64,000 nucleotides of DNA, taken from the IMG/VR virus record IMGVR_UViG_2576861453_000002; one strand, written 5' to 3'. Below, in pieces: positions 40,749 to 50,527 of the stretch. Each line of letters opens with the position of its first letter. Positions within the stretch are counted from its first letter, which is position 1. The DNA is from a virus. Its lineage: Duplodnaviria > Caudoviricetes. The notes under the pieces were generated by a model. The model did not search any database, was not told the origin of the DNA, and saw only the letters and a list, made by a program, of their open reading frames with translations. Position numbers and translations under genes: made by a program.

Positions 40749-41723
40749 TTATGAACCGGAACCACCAGACAACACGGCAGCAAAAGGAACCTGCTTACGG
40801 TCAAATACTCGCGTCCAGTTAGCAGCATCGGCCATCTGGGTGTATGTCGGCGAAAGGTTCGGATCATCCTCACCTACCCAGGAGAACCCTGCCGGCTGGA
40901 TGATATAGGTTTTGCGCTCCCACAACACTTCTGCACCACCACCATTACCACCATCCGGTTTGCGCTGAAGCTCAACCGGGGTATGCGGAGTGCCAACGCC
41001 ATAACCAAATGCGCCAGAGCCGAAGAACACGGAAAGGAACTGACCTGAGTTATATTTCAGGCTGTCATCCATGAACACCGGCTTACCCAGATACGTGGCG
41101 AGGATGATATTGCCGGTCGAATCGCGAAGGTATTCGATCAGGTCGGCTTTAACCATCTGGTTCATAACAGTCGAATGCACGCCGATTGCCGAGAACTGAT
41201 CTGCGGCATCACCCGCAGTGAAGGCGGCATCCTGGAATGACTCGGCCAGCGAAGCGCCAGCGTCAACCACCATGTCGCCATCATCGTTAGCGATATTGGA
41301 CGCAATAATGCCCCGCGCCTCGCCAATCAAATAACGCTGCCATTGGCGGGTCCAGTAAGTGCCAAAGCGATTGCGGATTTGCGTCATCGGGTCGCTGTTG
41401 GCCAATTCAGAGGCCAAATCGGCCACGCCATAGCCTTTATTCAGGTACAACGTGCGGGCGCGCATGCTTCCCTGGGTTACCTTGCCGACTTCGCCCAGAT
41501 CGTCCGGGTTATCGTTGGAGGCGTTTGGTGCTTCGTCTGCATCCAGATCCTGCCAGTAGCTGACAGTCGCGGTGCCTTGGCCGTTTTGTGCGACTGCATC
41601 CAATGCCGGCAGGCGTGTGATAATCCCAGAGTTATAGACTGCGGTTTTTTCAGGGCTATTTACCGGAGCTATGGTCTGATAATAGTCCGAGACAAAAATG
41701 TCAGTAAGACGAGTGGTAGCCAT
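40749..41723 (-). CDS. Major capsid protein
   Basis: Follows the scaffold; DPMTQIRNR..YWTRQWQ, YLGKPVFMDD, NWTRVFDRK; ends LSGGSGS. Confidence 0.9.
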   Translation of the reverse strand: MATTRLTDIFVSDYYQTIAPVNSPEKTAVYNSGIITRLPALDAVAQNGQGTATVSYWQDLDADEAPNASNDNPDDLGEVGKVTQGSMRARTLYLNKGYGVADLASELANSDPMTQIRNRFGTYWTRQWQRYLIGEARGIIASNIANDDGDMVVDAGASLAESFQDAAFTAGDAADQFSAIGVHSTVMNQMVKADLIEYLRDSTGNIILATYLGKPVFMDDSLKYNSGQFLSVFFGSGAFGYGVGTPHTPVELQRKPDGGNGGGAEVLWERKTYIIQPAGFSWVGEDDPNLSPTYTQMADAANWTRVFDRKQVPFAAVLSGGSGS

Positions 41724-41734
41724 TCGGCAACTCC

Positions 41735-42433
41735 TTAAGTGTTTTGTGTTGCTGCGAGTCGTTTAAACTCGTCAGGGTTTTCTTTGAATAACTGAAGCCT
41801 CTGGGCTTCTGTGTAATCAGTCCATTTTTTGCCGTCGCCGCTGACGAACGTCTGGCTACCGTTACCGCCGGTCCCGGATGCCTTACTACCGATAACAATT
41901 GGTGCAAAAAGCTTGTTGCTACGGAATTCTTTTTCCAAATCTTCGAGCGTTGACGCTGACGGTTTGCCATCCGCATCTAAAATTCGTGTCTTTCCGTCTT
42001 CAACAACCAGACGGGATTTAATGTGTGGGGTGAGTACTGCTGCGCTATCTCCAGCCAGGCGAGTCGCCAAGGATTGTGCGACGTTATCGACTAGCAAAGT
42101 TTGCAGTTTTCCGTCTCGTTCTTCGATCTGCGCCAGAAGCTCTCTCTCGCGGCTGGAAAGCTTTTCTGCCCAACTCTTTTCTAGGGTATCTAAATCCCCT
42201 TTTTTTCGGGCCTGCTCTTCTGCCGCCTTTCTCGCTTCTTCTTCAGCCTGCCGACGCTTTTCTTGTTCCGTTTTTTTCTCGCCCAGCAATTCGTTTACTT
42301 TCTTTTCCAGACCAGAGACATCAGGAATGCCATCAACGGCGAGCTGAAACCCTTCGCCGGCTTCCGCGTACATGGTTTTTGCAGACTCTTCCAGGTCGTC
42401 GAATTCTTCTTTGGTTAATTTGAACTTAAGCAT
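41735..42433 (-). CDS. Capsid scaffolding protein
   Basis: Coiled coil, GLEKKVNELLGEKK, ASGTGG linker. Confidence 0.85.
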   Translation of the reverse strand: MLKFKLTKEEFDDLEESAKTMYAEAGEGFQLAVDGIPDVSGLEKKVNELLGEKKTEQEKRRQAEEEARKAAEEQARKKGDLDTLEKSWAEKLSSRERELLAQIEERDGKLQTLLVDNVAQSLATRLAGDSAAVLTPHIKSRLVVEDGKTRILDADGKPSASTLEDLEKEFRSNKLFAPIVIGSKASGTGGNGSQTFVSGDGKKWTDYTEAQRLQLFKENPDEFKRLAATQNT

Positions 42434-42522
42434 CTATAACCTCGGGTTAGATGTTGCAGTCTCGGACTGCGAGTAAAAAAAAGCCCAACCAATGACGGCC
42501 GGGCCAATATGTTTATGGATGG

Positions 42523-42909
42523 CTAATGAATTTGCCTTACTGTCTCAACTGTCGAGCCCGATGAGTTCATGACATAAACCTCATCGCCGGGATAAATGAA
42601 CTGGTACTGTGTTTCGCGGATGTCCTCACCATCAAAAATGGTAATAGCGTAGGGAGCGCCGCCGCTTGAATTTCCACGATGAACGACGATGTTATGCCCT
42701 TCATATGCAACGTCTGTCATGCTCTCATCGTAAAATTCAGGAGAGCGGCTCAGGATATAATCAACGTCACCGTCATATCCCATTGCGCCGCTGACGTTAA
42801 GCAGCTTCATAGCATCTACCCACTGGTCAGATCCCGGCATGGCAATAACGATGGACTCAACTTGGAAAAGAGTGGTTGCGTTATTAACTCTCTGTTTAAC
42901 CGTAAACAT
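42523..42909 (-). CDS. Hypothetical protein
   Basis: MFTVKQ...YQFIYPGDEVYVMNSSGSTVETV; flanked by terminators. Confidence 0.7.
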   Translation of the reverse strand: MFTVKQRVNNATTLFQVESIVIAMPGSDQWVDAMKLLNVSGAMGYDGDVDYILSRSPEFYDESMTDVAYEGHNIVVHRGNSSGGAPYAITIFDGEDIRETQYQFIYPGDEVYVMNSSGSTVETVRQIH

Positions 42910-42975
42910 TCGTCTTCGCCTTCTTCGTTGCATAAAAAAAGGCCGCACATGGCGACCCTGTAAAATGAAGAACAC

Positions 42976-44043
42976 TCAAATTCCAGCGCGTTTAAATGCC
43001 TCTGGTGCTATTTTGCGCATCTCTTCCAATGTCATCGGCTCGAAGTTTCTATCTAGCTGCAAAGCTGCAAATCTCTCAGCACTAAGTCCACCATCACGCA
43101 GCAACTTTCCCCGATTCTTGCCGATAATCATGTCCTGTTGTTTGTCTGGTTGCCTCAATAGCCATTGATAATAGGTTTCATCGGAAGAAATATAACCATC
43201 AGAAGATGCCCGCGTTTCACCTTCCCTAAGAATGTCATTAAGCGCAGAATCAGCCAGCACCGGGATAATCGTACTTCGGCACCGAATGTGAAGAGGCGGT
43301 CGCGGACCGACGTTAATCGCAAATTCTCGCCCATCGAGAGAACGGCAAATTGCTGTTGTTCTGTTATCAAGCGTGGCGACAAATTGGACTTTATCAACCA
43401 CATCATCGTTAACGTCAAAAAAAGTTTCGCGGGCCACTGTAGCGGTATGTTGGATGGCTGTCCTGGCTATCGCGTCAGCGTTCTTAACGTACTGCCCGAT
43501 AATGCCGTCAGCGCCGTTTAATGCCCTAGTGCCGCGCAGTGCAGTAGTCAGTTGTTGAATGGTCTGTCCTTCGCGCCATGATCTCAATACGGCGTTATTT
43601 GCGGCCGTTAAGGTGAGTGTTTCCCAATCTTTAATGAACGGGTCGAGTAATAACTCACCACGCCAGTTCCTTATTGAAAGTGGTCGATTGTGGACCTGCC
43701 TAATGATTTTGTCAGTGTCGGGAACAATCAGGCCCGGCATGCCAGGAATAGAACTTAGGGAATTGAGTTCGAGCTGGGCAACGTCGCCGGAAAGTTGATC
43801 GCATAGGGCCAAAAGTTGCTTGGAGTATCCATCGACTGGCCCATACATTGCATTAGCCAACAGTTTAGATATTTCGTCACGCTGACCCATCGTATTGATA
43901 GTGCCATCGTACTCTTGTAAAACGTAGCCAGTAGACGCGCGCAATTCATTGTAGAGCGTCGTCAGTTCCGTTCCCTGGCTGGCTTTAAGTCGCTCAATCA
44001 GGGTCTGGATGAGAACAGAATTATCATGGAGTAACGTTGCCAC
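42976..44043 (-). CDS. Minor head protein (Mu gpF/SPP1 gp7 family)
   Basis: IARTA, ATLDNRTTAICRSLDG, PPLHIRCRST. Confidence 0.92.
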   Translation of the reverse strand: MATLLHDNSVLIQTLIERLKASQGTELTTLYNELRASTGYVLQEYDGTINTMGQRDEISKLLANAMYGPVDGYSKQLLALCDQLSGDVAQLELNSLSSIPGMPGLIVPDTDKIIRQVHNRPLSIRNWRGELLLDPFIKDWETLTLTAANNAVLRSWREGQTIQQLTTALRGTRALNGADGIIGQYVKNADAIARTAIQHTATVARETFFDVNDDVVDKVQFVATLDNRTTAICRSLDGREFAINVGPRPPLHIRCRSTIIPVLADSALNDILREGETRASSDGYISSDETYYQWLLRQPDKQQDMIIGKNRGKLLRDGGLSAERFAALQLDRNFEPMTLEEMRKIAPEAFKRAGI

Positions 44044-45433
44044 TGATGTATGCCCCCATTCCTGGCGCAGTTTCAGCCAATTCCGTCTCTATTTCCTCCG
44101 GCGACTTATCAGCCGGGGCCAATCCCACGTTCTGTTGATAGCGTATGAAATCGACTAAACGCATGTTGCCACTTTGCACAGCCGCCATTAGTGCGCTTAT
44201 CCCTTGAGAGTCTAAAAGCGCAATTTCATACTTCTTGCTCAGCTCAACAATCGCTTCACCGCTGCCGGCGAACTGAATAGCAAACTGTATGGCCCGGTTT
44301 ACGGCCTGCTCAACATTCCCAGCGCACAGTGATAGGATGGAATTGTCGGTTTGCGCCTCATCACCTGCCTGTGTTGCCGTTTTGGTCGAAGTGTTGCGCT
44401 CAACTAATTTAGCGCCGAGCATTGCCATCTGTTTTTCACGGCGCTCAGCCAAAGCAATAAGAATATTTCTCTCTTCAGGCTGGGCAAACTTCATATCACC
44501 GCCCTTCGGCAACAAAACGCCCTTTCGAGAACCAACCTTAAACCCATCAGCCAGATATTTATCGGCCCACTGCTCATCCAGTCCGGTAAGTGCAACCATA
44601 GGTTGCCCTACGGTATGCGCCGCTTCGGCAATGTCGGCCTCAGCCTGATAATGCTTAATGTTGACATACGCGATATCAGCCAAGGGCGGAGCATCTGGAG
44701 TGTGGTCGTTGTTACTTGAGCCAATCCATGACCAGGGCAGTTCTTTCAAATCGATGCCATTGGCGTCTGATAATGGTCTCAAATCGCTACCGCTGATGGC
44801 CCTGTCTCCTTCGGACCATTTACGAGCGTGGGCGATACCGTTGATTAGCCTTAGCTCAATCCAGTGCCGCTGCATGGTTAACTGAAATCCGGCCTCATCA
44901 TTAATCGGTTCTTCAAAATGCAAAACTACCAGCGACGTTTGTCCGTTCGTGACGCGCCAGTTTATGATCTGCTTCGCGGTGAACAGGCGCAGAACCGGAC
45001 GGCCTTTCGTCGCTTGGGTTTGGGTTCCTGTACCCGTGAAATCAGTCAGGATACCGCCGCGACCACGCTGCAAATTTTGGCTCAGTGCATCTCGGATAAG
45101 TTGCGAAAGGGGTTGGCCCTCCCCGTCTGCGTCAGATGCAATATCTTCGATCCCGCCTGACAGTTCGATTTTCGGCGGCTTATTGAAAGCTATCCCCAGT
45201 AACCCGGAGAGTGTGCGCCCGGTGGCGTTGATGAATGCGGCGCGCTTAAGGTAGGAGCTATATCGGATGCCTTGCGGATCATCGTTAGCGCTGTCGTCAC
45301 TCGGATGCGGAAGGTATTTTCCCTTTTTCTTCTTAATCTTTCGCTCACCATCAACGCAGTCGCCAATCATTTCCCATTCGGGCAAGAACTCAGCATATGC
45401 AGGGTGACGGTAATCAATGTCTAAATCTGCCAT
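44024..45433 (-). CDS. Portal protein (DUF4055-type)
   Basis: After TerL; YLKRA, IINWR, PPLADIAYVNIKHYQ, QMAMLGAKL. Confidence 0.9.
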   Translation of the reverse strand: MADLDIDYRHPAYAEFLPEWEMIGDCVDGERKIKKKKGKYLPHPSDDSANDDPQGIRYSSYLKRAAFINATGRTLSGLLGIAFNKPPKIELSGGIEDIASDADGEGQPLSQLIRDALSQNLQRGRGGILTDFTGTGTQTQATKGRPVLRLFTAKQIINWRVTNGQTSLVVLHFEEPINDEAGFQLTMQRHWIELRLINGIAHARKWSEGDRAISGSDLRPLSDANGIDLKELPWSWIGSSNNDHTPDAPPLADIAYVNIKHYQAEADIAEAAHTVGQPMVALTGLDEQWADKYLADGFKVGSRKGVLLPKGGDMKFAQPEERNILIALAERREKQMAMLGAKLVERNTSTKTATQAGDEAQTDNSILSLCAGNVEQAVNRAIQFAIQFAGSGEAIVELSKKYEIALLDSQGISALMAAVQSGNMRLVDFIRYQQNVGLAPADKSPEEIETELAETAPGMGAYISGNVTP

Positions 45434-45434
45434 T

Positions 45435-46916
45435 TTATGCCCACTTGAAGTTAAGAGATTTGACGGGTTTTTTCTTGCTCTTTGCTACGCCGAAGTAACG
45501 AAATCCATCAGCACCGTGCGAAGTGAAATCATGGAGTGGCTTGTCTTTCCAACAACCGCGTTTGTCATCCCACTCTTTGCGATAGCCTTCAAGATGGGAA
45601 ATCCCTAACTCGCATTTTGACTCATCGAATACGCATTTCGGTAAAATCTCGCGTACGGTCTCAATCCCTTCATCAATGCCTATTTTCGGCACAACCTGAA
45701 AATTAATTCGGTACGTTTCGCCGTCTATTTCATAACCTTCATACGCGAGCTGCTTCCGTGTCTTGCCATCGCCCGCGAATTCCCGGTTTTCGATATCGTG
45801 CGGCGCCCAATGCTCACCGTATTCATAACCACGGTCTTTTAATACCTTTAAGTAGTGGCGCAGCCCTTCGCCGCTGTTTTCGTAATAGTCGATGACGTGA
45901 AACTCTTCCCCGACCTCGCGAACAAACCAGATAGCGGTTGAGTCGCCCACGCCGATATCCCAGAAGGTGTGAACCGGTAAATGCGAGTTTTCCGGTATTG
46001 CCCCGATGCGCTTATTTTCGTAGAGCCAACGGAACTGTTTAGCGTAATACGCGCCTTCTACGGATTGCTGGAACGCTTCGGCGGGTATTGATGGGTACTC
46101 GCGCTTCATGTCATCGCCAAGGGTCTTCTCCTTAGCGTAATACCAGGCGCGCTGGCGTTCATCTGTCACAACGCCGTGCTTTGCTTCAATCTCTGCGAAA
46201 TAATCAATCAGTCGCTGTGGAAGCGGCTCTACGGGCTCGATTGCGTACTGCGGATTCTTCCACCATGAGAAGAAAAAGAACTTCCAGTCGAGGTTGGATA
46301 GAACCTTGCCAAGCATCTGCGCCTTTTCAGCAGTCTGACAGTAATCGAAGAAGTAACCAGCGCGACCCTCAGCTGTACTCTCGATAGTGGTAAAGCATTC
46401 GCTGGATACAGCTTCAAACGCGCCGGTGACTATCTCGCGGGCCTTATCTGGGAACTTTGCGCATATCTTGCCGAACTCTGACACGTGCAGGTAACGCAGG
46501 GTGCCGCCACGGAATGACGTGCTGACGTAGAGCGAGCCGCCCTTTTTGAACACCAGCTCACCGGCAGCATCATTGCTGGCCGGATTGGCCGCCTTAATCT
46601 CATCAGGGAGATTGTCATAGGCATACTTGACCTTTTCACGAAACAGTCGCTTGGCATCATTCAACGTGTGGGCAATGAGCGCACACTTAGCTGCCTCAAA
46701 CAGCGCCGCGTCAAGCTGGATAATGCAAACCTCAGTCGTGAAGCCAAGCTGACGAGCCTTCAAGATAATGTTGCGGGTGTGCATGCCCTTGAAGTAATCA
46801 AGCTGTTCCGGGGTCATTGTAAACCGGACAGGCTTACCTTCTTTATCAGTAATCCAGTAAAGGTGATTTAGCCGCCATAACTTGTCCCGCAAATGATTGA
46901 GGTGCTCAGGTTTCAT
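45435..46916 (-). CDS. Terminase large subunit
   Basis: ILKARQLGFTT, LHVSEFG, IESTAEG, WDIGVGDST, SHGADGFRY. Confidence 0.95.
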   Translation of the reverse strand: MKPEHLNHLRDKLWRLNHLYWITDKEGKPVRFTMTPEQLDYFKGMHTRNIILKARQLGFTTEVCIIQLDAALFEAAKCALIAHTLNDAKRLFREKVKYAYDNLPDEIKAANPASNDAAGELVFKKGGSLYVSTSFRGGTLRYLHVSEFGKICAKFPDKAREIVTGAFEAVSSECFTTIESTAEGRAGYFFDYCQTAEKAQMLGKVLSNLDWKFFFFSWWKNPQYAIEPVEPLPQRLIDYFAEIEAKHGVVTDERQRAWYYAKEKTLGDDMKREYPSIPAEAFQQSVEGAYYAKQFRWLYENKRIGAIPENSHLPVHTFWDIGVGDSTAIWFVREVGEEFHVIDYYENSGEGLRHYLKVLKDRGYEYGEHWAPHDIENREFAGDGKTRKQLAYEGYEIDGETYRINFQVVPKIGIDEGIETVREILPKCVFDESKCELGISHLEGYRKEWDDKRGCWKDKPLHDFTSHGADGFRYFGVAKSKKKPVKSLNFKWA

Positions 46917-47434
46917 TAAGCCCCCTGAGACAATGAATCCATCAGGTCAGATAATGAATTGACAGTATGATCAGCTTTAATTTGCTCGCGGAACGCCTGA
47001 ACGTTAACGTGCTTGCCGAGCAACTCAAGGTTCTTCACTTTGTCAGGCCATTTGATTTTCTTGAGTAATGCCGTGCCCTCTTCTTCCCCAGAAGCTATGA
47101 CGGTTACATCTAACCCGCAAAGGGTAATGCGCCAGCACTTAGGCCAATCCTTTACAGGCTTCAATTCGCCCGATTCGGTCAGAATGTCGAGCACGTCCAT
47201 TTGGTCAATTTCAACCAGTCTTTTAAGGACATAAGCCGCATCTATGCCGATCTCCTCATTGCGTTCCGCTTTGAGTTGCGCGATTCTGTTCTGAATGTCA
47301 AGTTTTGACAATAATTGAGCGGCAATGCGGTTAGCGGTCTTCTCGCTGTACCCCGCCCGAATGGCCGCTTGTGTGGCGTTCAAATCGATGAGGTACTCGC
47401 GACAGAACATTTCCTGTTTGTCGGTGAGTGCCAT
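46916..47434 (-). CDS. Terminase small subunit
   Basis: LTDKQEMFCREYLIDLNATQAAIRAGYS, KIKWPDKVKNLELLGKH. Confidence 0.95.
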   Translation of the reverse strand: MALTDKQEMFCREYLIDLNATQAAIRAGYSEKTANRIAAQLLSKLDIQNRIAQLKAERNEEIGIDAAYVLKRLVEIDQMDVLDILTESGELKPVKDWPKCWRITLCGLDVTVIASGEEEGTALLKKIKWPDKVKNLELLGKHVNVQAFREQIKADHTVNSLSDLMDSLSQGA

Positions 47435-47597
47435 TTTAGAATTTCCTGCTGTGAAATGAAGGTGCGCCACCGAGGGGTATCAGGCTGCATGCTGCGATAT
47501 CGATATTTTGAAGTGATTGATCCCAATTCAGCCACCAGGCGCACGCGTTAATGCGCCTTGTGAATAAGAGCCGTTGTGAAAGAGGCTCTCTTGCCCA

Positions 47598-48125
47598 TTA
47601 GTCGATAAAAAGGAGCTTCGGCTGGGTGAGAGAAAGGATCTGATCGTATTCAAGCTGAAGCAGCTTTTTCTCTCGTTTCCGGTTATTCATCAGGTGGCTT
47701 CCCATACGTGCCTTGGCTTCAGATTTCGCAACCTTGATTGCATGCCGATGCTGGGCCTCTTCACCCATTTCATTCCAGCGGAAAAGCTGATCAGCCATCC
47801 AATTAAAGGCTTGAATGTATCTAACCTTGATTAGCGTTGCTGCTGCACCAGTAAATCCCATCACGACCAACATGTAGCCATCTTTCGTCAACTTAAACAT
47901 CGGCTGCGCTTCACCGTTTTTATCAATGAAATCAGCCTCCTCAAAATTGAGGGCCGCAAAATCATCGGGGCATTCCGCTTTTACTTGCCTTATCTTCCTG
48001 AGTACGTTGTCGTGACGCTTACCGAAATAATCAGCAATTTTTTGGCTTGTGGTAAAAGCCTTCCCCTGAATAGCCATAACCATTTTTGAGAAATCGAACT
48101 CATGAATTACCAATGTCTCTGTCAT
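47598..48125 (-). CDS. Rha family regulator
   Basis: TTSQKIADYFGKRHDNVLRKI, LTKDGY.LVVMGFTG, YIQAFN.M. Confidence 0.93.
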   Translation of the reverse strand: MTETLVIHEFDFSKMVMAIQGKAFTTSQKIADYFGKRHDNVLRKIRQVKAECPDDFAALNFEEADFIDKNGEAQPMFKLTKDGYMLVVMGFTGAAATLIKVRYIQAFNWMADQLFRWNEMGEEAQHRHAIKVAKSEAKARMGSHLMNNRKREKKLLQLEYDQILSLTQPKLLFID

Positions 48126-48521
48126 TGCGTATTACCTTACTTTGAAATGAACCGTTGCCGCATAGGAAATCAGCCCACCGAGGCTCGCCAGCACTAACTG
48201 ACTTCCTCAACGGCTCATTTCAAAGGGTTTGGTTCGGTGGGTGTAGATGCGCATGCGTTGCGCAGGGATTTATTGCAGGCATAAAAAAGCCCCGCGGGTG
48301 CGAGGCTTAATTTTGGGTTGAACAGCCAAGTGGCTGCGTTTAATGTGCTTTTCAGTGGGGTACACCCAGCTTAACGCCACGATAATGTACATAACTCAAA
48401 GATAATATCACTACAACATTATGATTTAATTCGTCTTATTAAATAAATCTTCATTGATACCGCATTGAAACTATTAACATCAATTCGGTATATGTTAAAG
48501 ATGCAATTAATAGGAGGAAAC

Positions 48522-48695
48522 ATGAAAAAATTTATCGCACTGTTTTTAATTTCTTTTGGATTGTCTTCAGCAACTGCATATGCGTGTACACAGTCGGGTG
48601 CACCAGGAGTTCTATGTAAACAAATTTGTAGCAAGTTCGCTCCTTTAAATGATAATTCTTACGCGGCCTGTATGTTCGGGGCTACGAAAAAGTAA
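48522..48695 (+). CDS. Small secreted four-Cys peptide
   Basis: AGGAGG RBS; signal peptide ending AYA; 36-aa mature part; bidirectional terminator 48715..48740. Confidence 0.8.
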   Translation: MKKFIALFLISFGLSSATAYACTQSGAPGVLCKQICSKFAPLNDNSYAACMFGATKK

Positions 48696-48751
48696 GTTGC
48701 AATCATTCTGTAAGAAAAGCCCACTGAAGTGTGGGCTTTTACATTGAGCTT

Positions 48752-49018
48752 TCATAAATACTTCTTCGCTAGCACCTTCAGCTCCTCTTTCGCAGCGTCA
48801 CCCAGCTGCTCTACACCGTTTTCCACGAATGCCAGGGCGGCTTCAAAATCATTCACTCCCGTCTTAACTTCTGCCGCCGGCGTCTCAACGGCAATTTCGG
48901 TGCCCGTATCAACGATTGCGGGTTGCTCAACTTCTGTGCTTGCAGCTGTTGTGTCAGTCACTTTTGTTTCCTCTGATTTCGTTGTGAGCCATGTCCAGGC
49001 TCGTTTGAAAATGTTCAT
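48752..49018 (-). CDS. Hypothetical protein after the spanins
   Basis: Coupled to o-spanin. Confidence 0.7.
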   Translation of the reverse strand: MNIFKRAWTWLTTKSEETKVTDTTAASTEVEQPAIVDTGTEIAVETPAAEVKTGVNDFEAALAFVENGVEQLGDAAKEELKVLAKKYL

Positions 49019-49266
49019 TTGCTATCCCCGCATAACCTGTCCCACAAATCGTTATGCGCGTTAATGGCCCGCACAGTGCGAATATCCATTACGTCAGCGT
49101 CTTTACCGTGGGTGTGAATTGGCTGGAATAGTGTGCAGGAGGAATCAACGGTTACTGTATTAGTCTTCGGAGTTGTATTTTGACTTGCGCAGCTTGTCGC
49201 GACTAGCGTCATCAGTAAGAGCGTCGTTCTCAGACTCCACATTTTTTGCCACCTCAATGTTGTCAC
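49015..49266 (-). CDS. o-spanin (Rz1-like lipoprotein)
   Basis: Lipobox ATSC; overlaps i-spanin. Confidence 0.8.
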   Translation of the reverse strand: MTTLRWQKMWSLRTTLLLMTLVATSCASQNTTPKTNTVTVDSSCTLFQPIHTHGKDADVMDIRTVRAINAHNDLWDRLCGDSK

Positions 49267-49456
49267 TCTGCTTTTTAGCTATTGCCTGAATCTGCGCTAT
49301 TTCTTTCTCTGTAGCCGCAACATCCGCTTTAGCTTGCGTCTGTACAGTGCCGATTTTCTTACCGCCGAAATAGACGCTAACAAGCGCTACAGCTGCTGCA
49401 GCAATCCCAGCCACCCATTCCCAACCATTGGTAAAAATTGAGGCTATCCACGTCAT
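49160..49456 (-). CDS. i-spanin (Rz-like)
   Basis: One N-terminal TM segment plus coiled coil. Confidence 0.8.
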   Translation of the reverse strand: MTWIASIFTNGWEWVAGIAAAAVALVSVYFGGKKIGTVQTQAKADVAATEKEIAQIQAIAKKQSDNIEVAKNVESENDALTDDASRDKLRKSKYNSED

Positions 49457-49803
49457 GACGCTACCCCGCTTTGCATTTCTGCCTTTTTAGCCAACAGCTT
49501 TTTCTGCCGGACAAACTGCGACATAACTGCCATCGCTACCATAAAGGCGCCTATCATCCCCAAATAATTTTGCGGGAGATATGACTTGATATCAGGAGGC
49601 AGCATGTTCCAGGCATTCATAGCGGCATCAGGGAACGACTGCACCCACGCACTGATCGCGGAACCCGCCGAAGCCAGCCAGACAGACCACGCTTTAAACA
49701 GTAATCTCGCGTGACTGACGAATTCCAAAGAACTGTATTTGCGGATTAGCAACAGCGCTATCACGGCCACCAGCACAACGGCGATAAAAATCAGGAATTT
49801 CAT
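49453..49803 (-). CDS. Holin-like membrane protein
   Basis: About three TM segments and a basic C-terminus, inside the lysis cassette. Confidence 0.6.
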   Translation of the reverse strand: MKFLIFIAVVLVAVIALLLIRKYSSLEFVSHARLLFKAWSVWLASAGSAISAWVQSFPDAAMNAWNMLPPDIKSYLPQNYLGMIGAFMVAMAVMSQFVRQKKLLAKKAEMQSGVAS

Positions 49804-50267
49804 ATCAGCCCCTTGTAGGCTTCCATCGTGCCTGTGCGCATCACTTCAGCGTGACGTTTAGCCCGTGCCGGCGTTTGCCGGGCCCAGGCGCTGTTAAGCA
49901 TGCCAGATGCCGCACCCGTAAAATTTTCAGCGGCAATCATTGCTAACGTGTTTTTGAATCCCGCCAAACCCTGCACGCCCATTTGAAACGACATACTTGT
50001 TAAAACGTCCTGCCGTGGGCCATTACAAGCGTTAATAGCCGCCATGATGATGGGCGTGGAGTGCATCTGAACGAGGATTTTCGCTATAAGTGTTTGCAGC
50101 CAAACGTCAGAAACTTCTTTCGGCAATGTAAACGTGTAATACGACAGCGGCGCATTTTTCGGGCCAATCAGAAAACCAGTCCCGATAGTCGGGTAGCCGA
50201 GAGAATCATAATAAGGGGTCGCTTTAAACCCCTCTTCAAATCCAAGCAGGGGAATTATCTGGCTCAT
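49800..50267 (-). CDS. Endolysin (phage lysozyme)
   Basis: EEG..YYDSLGYPTIGTG (E-8-D-5-T), S.WARQTP.RA.R. Confidence 0.92.
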   Translation of the reverse strand: MSQIIPLLGFEEGFKATPYYDSLGYPTIGTGFLIGPKNAPLSYYTFTLPKEVSDVWLQTLIAKILVQMHSTPIIMAAINACNGPRQDVLTSMSFQMGVQGLAGFKNTLAMIAAENFTGAASGMLNSAWARQTPARAKRHAEVMRTGTMEAYKGLI

Positions 50268-50527
50268 TTTGGTGCGTCCTCTTGTACTACTTGTTTGACC
50301 TTGTCTGCGGTTTTTGTCGCCGTCTGGTCAGGTATCTGGTCCACTTTCAGCTTAATTTCCCCAACGGTCTTATCTCGCTTGTCAGCTCGCTGTGAATACT
50401 GCGCTTGCGCTATGAAATAGCCTGTTGACGTCCCGCTTAGGTAAATACTGAATCCGGTAGCAATGACAATGAGCCACATGCGCCAAGTGATCGTTAACTC
50501 AGTATTCTTGAATGTGAAATGCATCAT
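50264..50527 (-). CDS. Lysis-cassette membrane protein
   Basis: One TM segment, coupled genes. Confidence 0.6.
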   Translation of the reverse strand: MMHFTFKNTELTITWRMWLIVIATGFSIYLSGTSTGYFIAQAQYSQRADKRDKTVGEIKLKVDQIPDQTATKTADKVKQVVQEDAPK

